From Candidatus Poribacteria bacterium (GTDB taxonomy: Bacteria > Poribacteria > WGA-4E > WGA-3G), in the NCBI GenBank assembly GCA_965205025.1, contig CBDBFU010000029.1, positions 11,299 through 75,298 on the forward strand: 64,000 bases of DNA, read 5' to 3'. Position 1 is the first letter of the stretch; every line of letters begins with the position of its first letter. Shown here one piece after another: positions 60,341-64,000 of this stretch. Under the pieces are notes generated by a model. The model did no database searches. It saw only the letters and a program-made list of their open reading frames with translations, and was not told where the DNA came from. The translations under genes were made by a program, and so were the position numbers.

Positions 60341-60688
60341 TTACTGGAAATCAGCAACAGCAGTTTTCTCATCGGGGAATATTCCAGCATATTTAGCAAT
60401 AGCCATCATACGAAACGTACGTTCTTGAGTAGCAGACAAACCACAGAAATTTAATGTTCCTTCTCTTTCATCAAGAGCTTCAATAATTTCTATCAGAATG
60501 GATATCCCAATACTATTAATAAGTGCAGTTTTTGCCAAATTAATTACAAGTTGAGTATATCCTTTTTCTATTAGGTCTTGTGCTTTTTGTGATAATTGCT
60601 CACCGAGAGCATCATTCAAATAACCTTCTGTCTCTAAAACTGCGTACTCTTGCTCAGCACGAATATTTATGTCAAATTTGTTAGCCAA
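60341..60688 (-). CDS. STAS anti-sigma factor antagonist (RsbV-like)
   Basis: G.L.......V.NL.....INSIGI phospho-Ser motif; AGGAGG RBS. Confidence 0.9.
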   Translation of the reverse strand: MANKFDINIRAEQEYAVLETEGYLNDALGEQLSQKAQDLIEKGYTQLVINLAKTALINSIGISILIEIIEALDEREGTLNFCGLSATQERTFRMMAIAKYAGIFPDEKTAVADFQ

Positions 60689-60716
60689 ACCCTACCTCCT
60701 TACAATACAACTGCTC

Positions 60717-61160
60717 TCATGAACTCTCATTAGTCTTCTTCTTGACCATACTAATGGTAGTGCCGTTCTCCCCACTTCTAATATCTACTTTATCCATGAG
60801 AGCATGAATTATCTCTAACCCCCATCCACGCTTACGCATTTCTGGATATAAGTCTTGCTGGCCATTCTGACGAACCGGGCGATTCTCTGGACTAAAACCG
60901 ACTCCTTGGTCTGTAATTTTGAATTCTAATTCATCTGCTCTCATGATGTACTCAATGATTACATTCTGATCTGGACTCCTGCTATGTTCAAAAGCATTAA
61001 TACAGGATTCGATCATTGCATATTGAATTTCTTCTATCTGTTCATCATTAAAACTCATAGATTCTGCGATGAAAGATGCAAGATTAGCCGCAGCAAGTTC
61101 CATATCCGGGAGCATCGGTATTGTCAGGAGCACTTGGTCTTTGGTAAGTGTATTTGCCAC
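60717..61160 (-). CDS. Anti-sigma factor Ser/Thr kinase (RsbW-like)
   Basis: E...NA.EH, I.D.G.GF, RGWGL.II..LMD.V and GT motifs. Confidence 0.9.
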   Translation of the reverse strand: MANTLTKDQVLLTIPMLPDMELAAANLASFIAESMSFNDEQIEEIQYAMIESCINAFEHSRSPDQNVIIEYIMRADELEFKITDQGVGFSPENRPVRQNGQQDLYPEMRKRGWGLEIIHALMDKVDIRSGENGTTISMVKKKTNESS

Positions 61161-61244
61161 GCTCAGTTCTCCTCCTTATTAAATTAACTGATTATCCTGT
61201 CTATGAAAAATGGAAGCCGTAAATAATGATATCTTTAGCATCTA

Positions 61245-61273
61245 AAAATACCAGAGTTTTTACTATATGTCAA
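61245..61273 (-). promoter_or_regulatory. Putative sigma70 promoter of the RsbW/V/U-like operon
   Basis: TTGACA-17 nt-TATTTT with an extended -10 TG. Confidence 0.55.
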
Positions 61274-61529
61274 GGATTTACAATGATTCTCATGTGATTA
61301 ATTTTAATTTCACAACTATAATTATTACATATAAAAGAGGCATTCGTCAAGATTCTTTTAATGTGTAAAAATTCGATTTTCCATTCTCATTGTATGTGTT
61401 TCATATTCTATATTTTGTGTTTCATAGAAAAACCTATATATAGTAGATTTTGTTGTCAACTCTGGCAATTCTTACTGATTGTCTTAATGACTTATAATAA
61501 GTTAAGAATGTTCGTCTAAATGTATTCTA

Positions 61530-61651
61530 CAGGACTTACGCAACTTAAGCAGAAAAAGGTAAAATTTGACTTAAAAAACCGTCATTTCGGTGTTTTAACC
61601 CCCTAAATCCCCCTAATCAGGGGGACTTTAAGATGAAATGCGTAAGTCCTG
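61530..61651. mobile_element. MITE with 13-bp perfect TIR and 5-bp target-site duplication
   Basis: TTCTA|CAGGACTTACGCA...TGCGTAAGTCCTG|TTCTA; internal hairpin TCCCCCTAATCAGGGGGA. Confidence 0.88.
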
Positions 61652-61693
61652 TTCTATATTAGATGATCAATTGGAAGATTAACTAAGACCGAT

Positions 61694-62224
61694 TTACGAC
61701 ATAGTTGTTTTAATTATCCAACGGGCATCTGTCATTCTTTCATCTGCTTCAGATGTATTCGGTAGATAGGAAGCAAACTTGACTCGATCACAGTTCTTGA
61801 GAAAGTTTTTCATCCTGTCAATACAAGGCTTATCCACCTCATAGCGGGTCATCTCATGTAATAGACTTGAAGTCGTCAGTTCCAATGCAGGAATCTGGAA
61901 ACGAGCAGTTATATATTCCCGAATAACATGCGAAATTTGTATGTGATAAAACTCCATATCCGTGTTTTCTGTTTCAAGTGCATTTAATTGTTCCAAGGCA
62001 ATTTCATGTGCAGGACGACTTTCGACTTCTTCAATAGGAATTATTGGTCTATTCTGTCTTCGTTTTCGTAAATACAATACTCCAAAGATTACCCCAACGA
62101 CAATCACAAGACCTAAAATTATAGAGGGCATGTAATTTGGCGGAGGATCAAAAGGGGGTTTGATATCACGTATAGTTTGAGCGTTGATAGGTGTTTGCAG
62201 AATTAATTCTGAGAGTAAGAACAT
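61694..62224 (-). CDS. BatD/DUF4381-like single-pass membrane protein
   Basis: IRDIKPP; TM helix followed by basic stretch; PAHEIAL..L; R.YI..RF...ALE.T; D.VKFA. Confidence 0.7.
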   Translation of the reverse strand: MFLLSELILQTPINAQTIRDIKPPFDPPPNYMPSIILGLVIVVGVIFGVLYLRKRRQNRPIIPIEEVESRPAHEIALEQLNALETENTDMEFYHIQISHVIREYITARFQIPALELTTSSLLHEMTRYEVDKPCIDRMKNFLKNCDRVKFASYLPNTSEADERMTDARWIIKTTMS

Positions 62225-62228
62225 GCTG

Positions 62229-62821
62229 CTATTGTGATTGCAGAATGGGTTGAATCACGATAGATTTTGGGTCTGTTGGACAGGCATATTGACATACTCC
62301 ACATCCAGTACAACCAGAATCAAAGACTTCTACAATATTTTCTTGTGATAATACGATGGCATCTTCTCCAATCGGACAAGTATCAACACAATATGAACAT
62401 TCGACAGATTGTTTTCGTAGACATGTTTCAGCATTGAAAACAGCAAGCCCGATTCGGATATCTTCTGCGAAGACAGTCTGTAGAGCACCAGTTGGACAAA
62501 CATACATGCATGCTAATGAATCACAGATAACACAGGGTTGTTCTTCAGGATCAATATATGGTGTGTTAACAAGGTTTGAATCTTGGCTTTGGAGAGGTTG
62601 TATAGCATTTGCAGGACAGTTTTTTACACAATTCCCACATCGATGGCATTTTTCTAAGAATTCTTGTTCAGGTAATGCCCCTGGGGGACGAAAAATAACA
62701 TCAGTTGGTGGGTTTTGCGGAACACCTACACCCATAGTATCATCAAGCAGTTCTGCTACAGGTTTAATGATTTGCGTGAAAGCATCCTTGAAGAAATCAC
62801 GACGGCCTTATTTTCAGACAT
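62229..62821 (-). CDS. NapF/MauM-type 4Fe-4S ferredoxin (frameshift near 62808; ORF track starts at 62735)
   Basis: RPPGAL.E..F...C.RCG.C...CP and multiple CxxC clusters; adding one A restores MSENKGRRDFFK. Confidence 0.87.
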
Positions 62822-62874
62822 TGAAACTACCTTATAGACAGATTGGCAGATGATACATTAATGGAAGTGGTATT

Positions 62875-63551
62875 CTATTTTTGTGACGATTGTTCATCGG
62901 TTGAAGATTCTTTGGTCAATTTTGAATCATCAGTTTTTGGGATTCGGTAACAACACTTATGACTACCCTGTATGAGATGGTCAACTCTGTAGACCTTCGT
63001 TCCTAAAGATTGTCTAAATAAACCCAATTCAATATCACAGACAAGAGGATATTCCTGTGCAATCGCTACAATAGGACAATTGTGTTCAGTCAATACATAA
63101 TCATTCTCATCCTCTTCAAAACGAGCCATATAACCTTCTTCATCACGAATTCTGGCAAGTTCCTTTATACGATCTATCAGTTCTTTTCCGTCAAGTCGTT
63201 CCTTATACATCTGGAATTGTGATTTCATACGACTGCGGAAAATCTTATTTATGAATTCAGGTCCATTGAATTTAGCAACCTCATTCATCAGTCCTACAGC
63301 AAAGTTAGCATAAGTTGTAGGGAAAAGGCTGCTTGCATCATCAGTCAGACTATAAATATGATGTGGACGACCACGTTCCTGTTTTCAATGTAATATTCGA
63401 CCAATCCTTCTTCTTCAAGGATTGATAAGTGTTGTCGAATACCCATAGAACTAATATTGAGTGCTTCTTTGAGTTGATTAACAGTCATATTGCTGCGCAT
63501 TTTCAGAAGCTGAAGGATACGCATGCGTGTTTCACTCATTTCACAATTCAC
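62875..63551 (-). CDS. SufR-like HTH transcriptional regulator (frameshift near 63383)
   Basis: TR.RIL.LLK....T...L...L.IS.M.IRQHL..LE; restored RGRP...Y.LT; EGYMA, EHNCP, C..E and CCY motifs. Confidence 0.85.
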
Positions 63552-63772
63552 TGTATTTCCCTCTTACTACATAAGATTATGAAATTATACCATAGTGATA
63601 TTAAGTTTTTCAAGTATATCCATGTAAGTGTGTGAATATTTTAGCATGTGTATCACGGAATCATAGAGTTCTTTTTTTGCCATGTATAATATTGAACCAA
63701 AGGTAATTCTTGTGTAATTTTACAGCCTTTAATATTCACAACTGTTATATTAAAATTTTCATTATGTTGAAC

Positions 63773-63806
63773 AAAGTTACACTTTTTGTCACATGGTGTG
63801 ACATTG
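63773..63806. promoter_or_regulatory. Second copy of the 34-bp palindromic element
   Basis: AAAGTTACACTTTTTGTCACATGGTGTGACATTG. Confidence 0.6.
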
Positions 63807-64000
63807 TTAAAACCCCTCTCCCGTCAGTACTGTGTTATGTTTATAGCCACTTTTTTTAAGTTTACAAGAATTTGCAAAAATTACGATTTTTGTGTCTTTT
63901 ACTTTCTTCTAATCCATTGAATTGGGAACGTATGAATGTGAAATATCTTAACCGTCCATTTTGACAAGATATTCGAGCTTATCTCATAAATCATATATTT

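Noticed and set aside
62356-62853. 165-aa + strand ORF and other antisense ORFs in the track
   Set aside because: Shadows of well-supported genes on the opposite strand or in another frame.
1-64000. Autonomous transposase, integrase, prophage or rRNA
   Set aside because: No ORF shows DDE, HUH or recombinase motifs and no rRNA-like sequence was seen; the mobilising enzymes must lie outside the window.

Overview
AT-rich bacterial chromosomal window. Several PhyH-family dioxygenases and Gfo/Idh/MocA oxidoreductases, an ASPIC/UnbV protein and BatA/DUF58 genes suggest Candidatus Poribacteria or a similar lineage (inference). Housekeeping blocks on the minus strand are argD-lipoprotein-ispE-tRNA-Gln-rplY-amidase-GerMN-pth and rph-rdgB-efp-accB-accC-ASPIC-pncB. 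The window also holds catabolic genes, transporters, an RsbW/V/U-like module beside DUF58/BatA genes, and a YidD/TPR cluster. Two things stand out. First, the intergenic spacers are built from at least 7 families of small non-autonomous elements (REP hairpins, TA-flanked MITEs, an ATG...CAT MITE and an asymmetric hairpin element), nested inside each other. All six full copies of the ATG...CAT MITE sit at the apex of a hairpin, across five unrelated hairpin sequences. Second, a plus-strand island (12.3-20.8 kb) joins a thioredoxin/CcdA-type protein, an 8-Cys secreted mini-protein, a LolA-like protein, DUF1573 and FGE-fold lipoproteins and two GT-C glycosyltransferases. This is a candidate pathway for folding, glycosylating and displaying a disulfide-rich peptide. 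An OLD-like ATPase-TOPRIM gene and a sigma54 promoter with paired enhancer sites are also present. About eight genes carry single-base homopolymer frameshifts, probably sequencing errors. No transposase, cas or reverse transcriptase gene was seen. All calls come from reading the sequence; no database searches were run.
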